A DNA stretch of 61,229 bases, filler included, from Hausera hauseri (taxonomy: Eukaryota): assembly GCA_046269625.1 (NCBI GenBank). It is 10 parts of 10 records of this genome, joined end to end, with 100 filler letters (N's around TTAATTAATTAA, not from the genome) between each part and the next. Parts side by side here need not be neighbours in the genome. Positions count along the whole stretch, not along the records: positions 47,168 to 51,572 come from JBJURY010597222.1; positions 51,673 to 56,323 come from JBJURY010488910.1; positions 56,424 to 61,229 come from JBJURY010428696.1; 7 more parts are not named here. The stretch is one strand, 5' to 3'. The notes beneath the pieces are model-generated. The model saw only the letters and a program-made list of their open reading frames with translations. It was not told the DNA's origin and ran no database searches. This document shows, piece by piece, positions 50,101-61,229 of this stretch (position 1 is its first letter; each line of letters begins with the position of its first letter). Made by a program: the position numbers and the translations under genes.

Positions 50101-51572
50101 ATTGGTCACGGGATTGGTCACTAGATTTGTCACGTGATGTCACAGGATTGGTCACGTGATTGTTCACGTCATTTGTCACATATTAGGTCACGTGATTCTT
50201 CACGTGATATTACATCATTGGTCACTTGATGTCTGTGATTGGTTACATTATGTCATTTCTCTGGTCACGTGAACTCTGTTATTGGTCACGGGATTGGTCA
50301 CTAGATTTGTCACGTAAAATCAGAAGTTTGGTCACGTGATTCGTCACGTCATTTGTCATATGTTTGGTCACGTGATTCTTCACGTGATATTACATCATTG
50401 GTCACTTGATGTCTGTGATTGGTCACATTATGTCATTTCCCTTGTCACGTTAACTCTGTTATTGATCACGGGATTGGTCACTAGATTTGTCACGTGATGT
50501 CACAGAATTGGTCACGTGATGTCACAGAATTGGTCACGTCATTTGTAACATATTTGGTTACTTGATTCTTCACGTGATATTACGTCATTGGTCACTTGAT
50601 GTCTGTGATTGGTCACATTATGTCATTTCTCTGGTCACGTGATATCTGTGATTGTTCAGTGGATTGGTCACTAGATTTGTCACGTGATGTCACAGGATTG
50701 GTCCCGTGATTGGTCACGTCATTTGTCACATATTTGTTCACGTGATACTTCACGTGATATCACATAATTGGTCACGTAATATCTGTGATTGGTCATGGGA
50801 TTAATCACTAAATTTTTCACGTAATTTCACAGCATTGTTCACGTGATTGGTCACGTCATTTTTCACATATTTGCTTACGTGATTCGTCACGTGATATCAC
50901 ATCATTTGTCACGTGAATTTCTGTGATTGGTCACGTAATGTCATGTGGTTTGTCACGTGATATCTGTGATTGATCACGTGATTGGTCACTAAATTTTTCA
51001 CGTGATGTCACAGGATTGGTCACGTGATTGATCACGTCATTTGACATATGTTTTTCCACGCGATTTTTCAGGTGATATTACATCATTGGCCGCGTGATTT
51101 CTGTGATTGGTCACATAATATAATTTAGCCGTTCAAGCTATATCTGTGATTAGACATGGGATTGGTCGCTAGATTTTTCAAGTGATGTCACGTGATTGGT
51201 TCCGTGTATGGTCACGTCATTTCTGACATATTTGGTCACGTGATACGTCACGTGATATCACATCATTGGTCACGTGGTGTTCTGTGATTGGTCACGTGAC
51301 GTCATATGGTTTGTCACGTGAAATCTGTGATTGGTCACGGGATTGGTCACGTTATTGGTCATGTCATTTGTCATATGTTTGATCACGTGATTCTTCACGT
51401 GATATCACATCATTGGTCCCGTGATGTCTGTGATTGGTCACGTGACGTCATATGGTTTGTCACGTGAAATCTGCGATTGGTCACGTGATTGTTCACTAGA
51501 TTTTTCAAGTGATGTCACGTGATTGGTTCCGTGTATGGTCACGTCATTTCTGACATATTTGGTCACGTGATA
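47168..51572. repeat. Satellite DNA, ~180-bp monomer built from ~12-bp GATTGGTCACGT subrepeats
   Basis: The landmark gtcactagat and its variants recur at about 47851, 48031, 48211, 48390, 48570, 48753 and 48934. Confidence 0.95.
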
Positions 51573-54180
51573 NNNNNNNNNNNNNNNNNNNNNNNNNNNN
51601 NNNNNNNNNNNNNNNNTTAATTAATTAANNNNNNNNNNNNNNNNNNNNNNNNNNNNNNNNNNNNNNNNNNNNTGAAAAGCCAGAACTAAGTAAGTTCTAT
51701 TTTGGGACTTCAGCGTTTTACCTTCAACAGAGTCATCTTGCAGCCTGGTTTTGCACAACGGATTTTCCTTTTTAAGAAAAAATGCTCAATTACATAAAAG
51801 TGAAACTCTTCAGTTAACACTACAAAATCCAATTCTCTCCACTCATTGCATAAAATATTATTCTGAAAACAATGTCCTCAACTTTGTAAAAGGATAAGGC
51901 AGCATGATTAAATGTAACCACTGCCTACTATACACTAATCTGCAAATTTGTCCAGTTAATAACCATGTTTGTTCCCTGCATCCTAAAAATGCTTGTAATT
52001 CAATTCAATTAAGACTATTTATTCAACTCCAAAACATCCCAGAGACTATTAGCACTGCACAAAAACATCTACATGCACCTTTGTTCACAAAGCACAATCT
52101 CATTAACTCATAATGTTCTTATGGTTCTTCTTATGCACCCATATGTCCTGTGTGCAATCTCAAGATGTGTAAAGTAGTTTTATCCAACAATTCGTAGAAG
52201 GAAACAGCTCTTAAAATCTAAATAACATTTACAATGTGTAATAAAATCAATTAATCGATTAATCTAAACCAAGTGTTCCTATTTAAAGTGCATTTAAATA
52301 TATTTTTATTTCCTCTATTTTAAATTAAAAGGTTCCTCTTTTTATTTTATTATTTATTTTTTTTTCTTAGTCAAATTGATAAACTAACATTATGGTTAAT
52401 TCTAAGAAGAAATTTTGCTAATTTGTTCAAAATGTGTCATCCAGAAATGCTCAAACTGAACTGGACCTGTTCATGGTGGTAGTTAAATCGCTGAGCTTTT
52501 TATTAAATTTTGAATAGTAGTTTAATTCAGTGTCGTAATTATCCAGCAATGCAGACCTGGTCCTGTTTCTACATCCGCCTTGTAATCTGTCTATTTCTCT
52601 ACTTTGACATCTGTTTTATCTCATTAAAGAATCTATATACCTTTCTCATGATTGTCTATTGTTGATGGATTGAAAATCTACTGTTGCTGTTTTCATCATT
52701 CCCAGTCTGTAGCCAGGTCTCTCGTTTTTGTGTGCAATACTTCATCCGCAATTGTTGTTCACTGTCCCTCCAAACGATACCAGAAGTCACTCGCATTACT
52801 GGGTGCACTCCAGCAGGGGGCGCCGTTGGACAGGTCTAAGAAGACGCATAGGGCTAAGGTTTTTCCCCATGCAAGCTTCATTAAAGTTTCATAAGCTGAC
52901 TTCTCTTCATCTTATATTGTGACGAGCTGGTTCAACACTACTTTCATTAGTTCCTCTATTAATTCTTTAATTTGTAATTAGTTGTTTTAAAGTAATTAAC
53001 GCATTTGCTCATGACTTCCAAGTTATCAATTCTTCCTTAATTTCCTAAATTTGTTTGTTTTGACCTTTCACATTGTCTCAAATTAATTAAGTAATTAAAA
53101 CCAACTTCCCCTCTCAGATCTACCCTGTAGACTGTTGTCCACAGGAGTCCCATTTCTCATTTATGAGCTCCCTACCTGTTGACGTTCACACCTTTTTTAT
53201 GCTCATCCAACCACACACATACACCTAAATAACTAACCCTTCACATACACACACAAACAGCCACACACACAGACCCATGCAGGAGCCACTCACTTCCTGC
53301 CCTCCATAATCATCTAAACCCATGAGTTTTTGTTCCAACATTTTCTTGTCTTTTTTGTTTCCGGCTGTTAAGGCGATGTTTTCTTTTTTTTTTTTTTCTT
53401 TCTTTCCCTCTTCACAGCAGTCGGTCTTATAGGTTGGGACAGAGCCTCACCACTTTCGTGGAGAGACAAACATATGACAGGCCAACTTTCATTCACACAC
53501 ACACGCACGCGACTCAGAACACAGTTATTGACCCCAATAGAAATATTATTTTGTGAAAATGTATGTTGACTCCGTTTCCGTGCAGGAAAGGTATTTTATG
53601 AGTATTCTGTGACTATTTTCATATCATAAAATAACAATAAATATAAAAGTTATTTGTTATTATTATTTGTTTATTTATTTTTTATCGATCGGCGTACGTT
53701 TTACGTTTCAGCGTTTTATTCTTTCATCTCATCAACAGTCCCGCTCTCGCTTAATAAAACCTCTAATTTTAAGCGAGTCTAATATGACACTGTTTTAAGC
53801 GAATTACCAATTTCGCAAGATAACAGTAAACTTGGTCTCTAGGGTTACAGGAGCTGGCGGCGAATACGTCACTATATTCTAAAACCCCGCTCCCCCTGCC
53901 CGGAACTTCGTCAAGTTCCGGTTGGCGCGACCACTGCGTAATATTCTGGGACTGGTTTCACTTATTTCATTTATTTAATCTCTTTGCGCGCTTCCCGAAG
54001 CTAAAACGTACTTTTCCACTATTTATATGAGTTCAACACACTGATAGGAATTTGCCTATAAAAGCCCAATTACAGAGTTTCGGTTAAACAGGAATACTGC
54101 GTACCTTTATTTTGAAGTTCTGGCGCCAGTAAGGTCAGTGTGAAGAACCCAGCTTCCCTTCCTGCCTGTCGGATCAAACC

Positions 54181-54200
54181 ATCTCGGTGGATGACCTCCA
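54181..54200 (-). promoter_or_regulatory. Retroviral PBS, tRNA-Gln-like (imperfect)
   Basis: Minus strand ..GCTACA-ATT-TGGAGGTCATCCACCGAGAT, compared with the Gln PBS TGGAGGTTCCACCGAGAT. Confidence 0.7.
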
Positions 54201-54203
54201 AAT

Positions 54204-55382
54204 TGTAGCGTTGTCGTCTCTTCTCCGCCAGAGTTCGTTGTTGGCTTGAAAATGAACGAAGTAGGAAAGAAAAGCTTCACTTAATAGATGACAGAGTCGC
54301 TGTTAAAGTTCACACGTTATATTTAATAGTCAATAATCAAATAGTTACAGAATACATCTTTAGGAATACAATTTTGGTTAGTAATTATTGCAAAAACAAA
54401 ATAAAAGTTATTGATGCATTATTAAATGATTTGAAGGCGCCTTCATTAGACTATACGACCTGCAACAGTTGTTATTGGGTTGTGCTGCTGAGCTGCTGCT
54501 GTTTCTGCTCTGGTCTGGTCTGCTTCTGCCTGCCTCTTCTTCTTGGTGAGACGCACTCAAAGCTCTTATAACCTTACATGGGTGCAGCCCCTTTTCCAAA
54601 ACAGCACACGAATCTACAACCCCCCAAAGATGTTCCTTTGTCTAACTTTCAGAATTTCTTCTGAGTCCTGTTAATTTCTCATATCTTCATATATCTTAAT
54701 ATCTCCTATGAAGCATATCAATGTCATACTTATAAAGTGTATGTTTGTTTTTATTCAAAGGGTTTCACTATAATTAGAATACTTTAATCATTTATCAAGT
54801 TAATCTACTTTTATATAATTTCATTTGCTAAAGATCAGCTTACACCATAATATTTAATTCATCTAACAATTTGGGTACAGGTTGGACACTTATCTGTTAA
54901 AGAGAGCTTTGTTCAGCAATGGAGCTGGTCTGCTCAACACACCCACTAAGTAACTTCAATAACTCATTCACTACATACATATTTTTATACTAAATAAATT
55001 GACTAAGTGAATCTCTCAAGTTTCTTTCTTGATATTAAGTGTTCCTCAGGCTGTAAAACAGCGTCATAAATTGACCCCTGTCAATGAAGGAATGTGTAGT
55101 GTCCTGCAACCCCCCAGGGTTTCCATAGCAACACAGCTTCTGAACCAATCAGAGAGCTTATACCTTTAAACCATTACCAGATGGCCGGAAACACACACAC
55201 CCACCTTTTGGGTCAAAACTTCTCTGCAGAACCTCCTTGCAATTCTTACAAACCTGTTAACACATCTTATTCATGCAAATCTATGTTACCAATTAAAAAC
55301 ACAGAGTAAGCAGATCACCTGAAAAGACACAAACATAATATAAAGCATCCATCATTACAAAAATAGATTTTATTTCACAACA
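54204..55382 (-). repeat. ERV LTR (~1.18 kb)
   Basis: Begins TG after PPT AAAGGGGGAA (55384-55393) and ends CA before the PBS. TATAAGAG near 54570. Confidence 0.8.
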
Positions 55383-55447
55383 ATTCCCCCTTTGGACCTA
55401 ACGACCTTAGGTCCACACATAAAAATAAAATCATAAAGTCAACACCA

Positions 55448-56323
55448 TCACTCATGCGGTGCAGACATCTGAAAATCATTCAGATCGTATCCTTTCTGCA
55501 GAAATAACTGTCTAAACACCTCTGGGTCTTTCTTCTCCAGGGTGGACGTGATAAGTCTCACAGCTAATGATCTCATGCAAGGAATACAACAACATCCACA
55601 AGTTACCAGAATTGCAATAAAAATAGACAAAGACACTATCAAAGATATAATCACTTGTCTCCAAGGGCCAAAAACTCTCAAGAGCCAATCTTCAAAAGGG
55701 TTGTCAATACCCGAATGACTTTGCATCTCATTAGAGAGTGTCCTAAGGCCTTCCAAGGCTCTAGTGACCTTACCATCAGGAGCGGTGTTGTTTGGGATGA
55801 AACTACAACAGAGATCTCCAAACATACTACAAACACCACCTCTCTCTGCCAACAACATATCAAGCGCCATTCTGTTCTGCACTGCCATCAAAGATGTAGG
55901 AGCTAACTGTTCAGCTAATCCTTCTACCGCATCTCTCGTCAAATTGGACAGACGCATAACATTATAATGTATATAATTTATTCTGTCCACATTTTTGTTT
56001 GGAGTAACTGGAAAAAGTGCTGAGATAATAGGTATATTTTCAAAACCAGCTGCCACTTGGTCTGCCAGTTTGTGTTCATTAGGTACGCCTCGAGGTATTC
56101 CTATGGCATCAATGTAAGTGGGCGAGCCTACAGTGGGATCAAAGTTATGTGTAGACCTCTTTGACCTAGACATAGTGGTGGTGAGATTCAAATGCTCCAA
56201 TCTAGGGCCTATCAGTGTAAGCGGGGCAGCTAATCGCACCATGGCACAAAGTCCAACGGTGTTGTCCAAGATGCGAGTTAGCAGCCTTTTGTCACCACAA
56301 AAGTAATATAGTCCTGCTCTGAC
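55448..56323 (-). CDS. env: Endogenous retrovirus envelope (end of SU plus TM), teleost gamma/epsilon type
   Basis: Furin site RSKR, immunosuppressive domain VQNRMALDMLLAERGGVC, CX6CC motif, TM helix and Cys-rich tail. Confidence 0.93.
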   Translation of the reverse strand, partial: VRAGLYYFCGDKRLLTRILDNTVGLCAMVRLAAPLTLIGPRLEHLNLTTTMSRSKRSTHNFDPTVGSPTYIDAIGIPRGVPNEHKLADQVAAGFENIPIISALFPVTPNKNVDRINYIHYNVMRLSNLTRDAVEGLAEQLAPTSLMAVQNRMALDMLLAERGGVCSMFGDLCCSFIPNNTAPDGKVTRALEGLRTLSNEMQSHSGIDNPFEDWLLRVFGPWRQVIISLIVSLSIFIAILVTCGCCCIPCMRSLAVRLITSTLEKKDPEVFRQLFLQKGYDLNDFQMSAPHE

Positions 56324-57806
56324 NNNNNNNNNNNNNNNNNNNNNNNNNNNNNNNNNNNNNNNNNNNNTTAATTAATTAANNNNNNNNNNNNNNNNNNNNN
56401 NNNNNNNNNNNNNNNNNNNNNNNGAGAGATAATACGAACTTACTTAAAGTTGTTGTTGTCGACCATAATGCTACCACAAATAAATTAGTGAATAATAACT
56501 TAGAAATGAAACATGATTTTAATTTGTCGCTCGTTTAAATTTTTGAGTCTTATTAGCTGTATATATATCTAATTTTCATTTCATTGATATTGTAATTTAT
56601 TCTAGAAGACTGATTGGTTTTATGTATAATTTTGAATTAAATAAGTTTGTATTATAGAAGGAAATTTAATGCTTTGTCGATTAATTGTTGAACATATATC
56701 TTGAATTGATAAAGGTGAAGAGTAAGGTACATTATATATCAGTACATGCATCATCAACCGATACAGAATTGAAAAATGAAATCCCTCATATCATACTTAA
56801 ATGTATATGTATGCGTGAAGGGTAAAGTCAATTTAATAGTAATATACAAAAATACCTCTGATTGAAGGCATGTAGTAAAAGATGGCCTCTAATGGAATAA
56901 TGCTTATCTGAAAAACACGAGCAATATTACCAACATGAGGTCAGTGAAGCATATACCTTTTCAAATTTTTAACTTTGACCTTAATGGGTATTTATTACAT
57001 GATAATACGAATTAATAGATTTTATGAATATATATGAATTTTATGAATGTAGAACTATAATTGAACTCGAGTAAGTCATTCAGTTAAAGCAGAAAGGTAA
57101 AGTATACCATTTTCAAATGTAAGATTGAAAAGTAAAACTATAGATACTGTAATTCCTATTGTCGAAGTAAATGTTGGTTTCGAGAGTGTGTCTGGTAGTT
57201 CATCAATTAAATCTCATTCGTCGTAAATCAATTGTATTGAAGATAAAAGTAAGATGCGTTATCTATCAATATATATCTCTTTACCCATATAGAATTAATA
57301 AGTGAAATTTTAAATGACGCCGCAATTATCATACTTTTGTATGAATATATATTTATAGTTGAATATACGTATAATAACCTTTAAGGATACGTAATGAGAG
57401 ATGACCTTTGATAGAATAGCATTTATTTGGAAGATATGAATAGTGTTATCAATGTCATTTCTTGGTCCAAAAAATATGTATTCCTTTTAAGCATTACCTT
57501 AGGATTAATAACAATGACTTCAAGTTATATGCTCATTTTGGGTATCAACGGGATTAATCCCTAGTTACTTTAGTCGCTGTTGAACCAGTTATAACTTTCA
57601 AGAATATTGCCATATAGACATGATAGTTTGAGAACATGCTCGAACAGAAGATAGATAACTATATGATCCGCCGTATACTCACAAAACCTTTAGATAGGAG
57701 AACGGTACGGTCTAAGATGAAAGAGGTTAACAGTAAAACAAAAGCGGACATAAAATTTATATCAATTTATATGTTAAGTACTACTTAAGGTTAATAATAA
57801 TAACCC

Positions 57807-58415
57807 CTGTACTATCAACACGGGGAGATCGAAGCCTTCAGAGAATTTCTCATTTTTCCACGACAACGAACACATGAATTAAACCGAGCCATGGCCTCTG
57901 TGGTAGACGATACTCGATACGAAGCCAAATGGGAATCTTTACTGGGTGTTAACCACTATCAGAGGGTAACTTCCGAGATATTATACATGATTTGAGGAAG
58001 ATTTCTAATTTTTGGGCAAGCCGCATCCGTATTTTTGGCTATCTATTTTTTGATCCAATTAGTCAATGCAGTGATTCAAGCTGTTATAAACGGATACGAA
58101 ATATTCACGCTAACAGGATTTTTTTGCAAGATTTTAACTGCAATTATCACACCCTTCGGGAAAATGCTAAAGGCTTACGAAGGAAATTTTTGGAAAAATC
58201 ATGTAGAACGACATGTCCGATATTATAACCGTAAACGACGAGGAAGGCCCTCGATTTTTAACAAACGCAAAAACAAAAGGATAATAATGAGGAAAGACGA
58301 CCCAGATGATAAGGAGCCTAAGGGAGGAGAAATGAATTCTAGAATGAGGATGCAGAAAGTGGACTCAGCGAAAAACACGCCATTACCAATCATGCCTACC
58401 ACAGCACCAATATAG
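57807..58415 (+). pseudogene. C-terminal part of a chuvirus-like glycoprotein (membrane-proximal region, TM, tail)
   Basis: One frame: LY..GEIEAFREFLIFPRQRTHELNRAM..SLLG..YMI*GRFLIFGQAASVFLAIYFLIQLVNAVIQAVINGYEIFTLTGFFCKILTAII. The TGA at 57993 sits at a probable Trp codon. Confidence 0.7.
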
Positions 58416-61229
58416 AAAGATTGCGACCACAAATCAATAGTATCATGTAAGTCAGAAATCTATCAGAAACCTATCCAATACGAGGATCCGTACGAAAAAA
58501 CAAAACAATACGGNNNNNNNNNNCTAATTGAAAACAATTACGGAATATTATATTCAAAAAGAATACCGCGGCACATAGAACCAAAATCAACCATTTTGGG
58601 AAACCAAAAGTTGTGTTCGACTTCGAGTGCACTACGACATGAACCGCTCTTCGACAGCCGCCTTACTGAAATAGCAAATAATGACTTGTACCGGAATGGA
58701 AAACTAAGACAATTAAGGCAGGATATCATTTCATCACCAGAAATTACGATAAATGGACATACAATCTCTACGATAAAATGGTCAAAGATAGTGTCAAATT
58801 GCTACGAAACAGTAGCGGAAGGAAGACCCTTAGCTAAAATACACATCGAAGACTGGGAAGTGTATGCATTAATCGACACCGGATCAGAAAAATCATTTAT
58901 AAAATACGAGTCTATACCAACCACATTGCGAGACCAGTTATGTCCACCCGCATCATCAGACCCGGGCAGTGTAGGAGCATTTGGACAAGTATCGAAGCCA
59001 AAATTTAAATGGATTCCTACGGTTTACATGATGGGTCAAGCGTTGCAACACGAATTTGCCATAATGGATCAGTTAACAGACGATGTATTACTAGGTTGCG
59101 ATATAGTGAAACAGATACCAGGTATGGCGATAGACGTACACAATGGAAAATTAGTTGAGCTCGAACCAGTAAAAGGGAAAAAAGTAATAAAAGAAAGGAA
59201 ATCAGACGATGTATGGATTTCGGTAGATGAAGACATTCCGCCCAGAACCGAATTGATAATTTTCGCACAGATCAGACAGGACGAGGATTTGCCAGTATAC
59301 TTTGAGCCTCAAGAGAATATCGATCCGAACCTCATGCTTAGCAATATATTATGTAGAGTAGTGACGGGACGAATAACTATTAGATTAGTAAACAATGCTT
59401 CAATTCCCGTGCTATTACATGCTAACACTACTCTAGATCACACGTGCAGAGCATCGGCGTTAACAATCGAGGAAAAACCTTATAAGTGTGCTGAATTTCC
59501 ACCTCACGTAGAAACCAAATTTTTGCCAGAAGCGTATTGCAAATTTTGTGAATTATTGTGTAAATACCGTTCAGTCATCGCACAAAATGAAGAAGACATT
59601 GGCAGGGCAAAAATATTAAGACTAACGATTCCGTTAAAAAAGAAACCGGGTTCAAATGACGAGATCGACCTAGAAGAACAGAAAATGCCTAAATGGTATC
59701 CGCCTCCTCACTCATTGAGACCAGAGATAAGTAAAGAAGTAGAGCGAATGTTAAAGGCCGACATAATTCGACCAAGCTACCTATCATGGTACTCGGCTAT
59801 ACTTATGGTTAAGAAGAAAGGAACTACAAAATATAGGTTTTGTATAGATTATCGAGCATTGAACACACTGATGATGAAAGATTCATTTCCATTACCATCA
59901 GTAAAAGAGGCATTAGATAGACTATCAGGAGCAAAATGGTTTATCACTATCGACTTACAATTGGGATACTGGCAAGTGGAAATTGAAGAAGAAGATGGAT
60001 ACAAAACAGCGTTCAAAACACACGATGGCGTGTACGAGTTTAATGTTATGCCTTTCGACATCACCACAGGACAGCTATTTTCACTAGAATGATGAATAAG
60101 ATGCTCATGGGACTTGATCACGCTTTTGCGTACTTAGATGACGTGATGATAGCATCGAAAACGGAAGAGGAACATTTAAAGGAAATTGAGGATACACTCA
60201 TGCGATTAGAACAGGCAGGGTTGAAATTAAATCCAAAGAAATGTAAATGGGCAAAAAATGCCGTATCATACCTTGGACACATAGTTGGTGAAGGAGGATC
60301 AAAACCGGATAAATCCCTGCTGGATAAAATATCTGATTGTATGGAACCACAGAATCAAAAAGAACTAAGGCACTTGTTAGGCCTATGTGGGTATTATGCC
60401 ACTTACGTTTCAGACAACTCAAAAATAAATGCGCCGCTATATCGCTTACTCAAAAAAGGGACTAAGTGGAGATGGACGGAAGTGGAACAGAAAGCATTCG
60501 ATGAACTAAAGAACATTCTGACAAGCGAACCAGTTTTAAGATATCCAGATTTTAACTTACAATTCATCATTAAAACGGATGTAAGTAAAGAAGGGATAGG
60601 ATACGAATTGGCTCAAAAATGAGGGGACGAAGAATTAGAACATCCAATAGCCTATGGAGGACGTTCGGTAAAGAAAGCGGAAAAGAACTATTCGGCTACC
60701 GAACTAGAAACGTTAGCAGTCAAAGAAGCATTACGGCACTTTAACGTCTACGCATATGGGCAAAAGATTATCATAGTAACCGATCGCAAAGCAGTTACGA
60801 CATTGAAAGGACGAACTGATAATCCAACTTGTAGGCTAAATCGTTGGATAGAGGAATTCTCACGAAATAACATTGAATTTCAATACAAACCGGGTAATAA
60901 ACATGTCGACGCGGATTCAATGTCAAGATTAAAAACAAAAACAAGTGCAATCACTACGCTAAAGAGACCAAAACTCGAACAACTCACTGAATAACAAAGA
61001 ACCTTGATTTCGGATAAGACAACTAAAATTACAGTTGAGCAAGCTAAAGATATGGTTATTCAGAAAATTATCGGATTCGTAAGAAATGACGAAATACCAA
61101 AGGGACGGCAACTGAAAAAGCGCCTACAGAAACACGGACGTAAATATTACGTATCGAATCAGGATAATATTTTGTATTACGAGCGAAAAGAAAGAAGATT
61201 AATATTTATTCCAAAAGTATTACGTATCG
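57807..61229 (+). mobile_element. Ty3/Gypsy element (G-like region, PR, RT, RH; truncated before integrase core)
   Basis: ALIDTGS, YRFCIDYR, DLQLGYWQ, YLDD, KTD.S, YSATELE, HVDAD.MSR. Confidence 0.92.

Noticed and set aside
47168-51572. CRISPR-like array, or ORFs within the repeat
   Set aside because: No unique spacers and no cas genes. It is a continuous satellite and the ORFs are repeat translations.
52550-53300. Possible gag remnant of the ERV on the minus strand
   Set aside because: Multiple stops, and no major homology region or zinc knuckle could be recognised.

Overview
This window is not one locus. It is ten unrelated contigs joined by artificial 100-nt spacers (N-run, TTAATTAATTAA, N-run). 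Nine look like DNA from an AT-rich, repeat-rich invertebrate with 42-45 nt mini-introns. One (51673-56323) is a teleost-type endogenous retrovirus, which suggests host contamination or a mixed assembly. Contents: three divergent, decayed BEL/Pao retrotransposons; several Ty3/Gypsy elements; a decayed Polinton/Maverick-like DNA virus segment (polB, TBP-like, dUTPase, DEDD nuclease); a spliced MORC gene; an intronless ULK4::dynein heavy chain chimeric retrocopy behind an LTR+PBS; and a ~180-bp E-box-rich satellite. Two candidate undescribed systems stand out. (1) Two independent Gypsy elements (contigs 7 and 10) have the C-terminus of a chuvirus-like glycoprotein directly upstream of, and in frame with, protease-RT-RNaseH(-IN), where Gag would normally be. 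(2) A BEL/Pao lineage has tandem CCCH fingers instead of CCHC knuckles in all three copies. The most complete copy also has a ubiquitin-like domain ending LKGG, no visible capsid domain, and RING and BIR genes upstream of its primer-binding site, apparently inside a >2 kb LTR. All family assignments come from motif recognition by eye and need HMM or structure searches.
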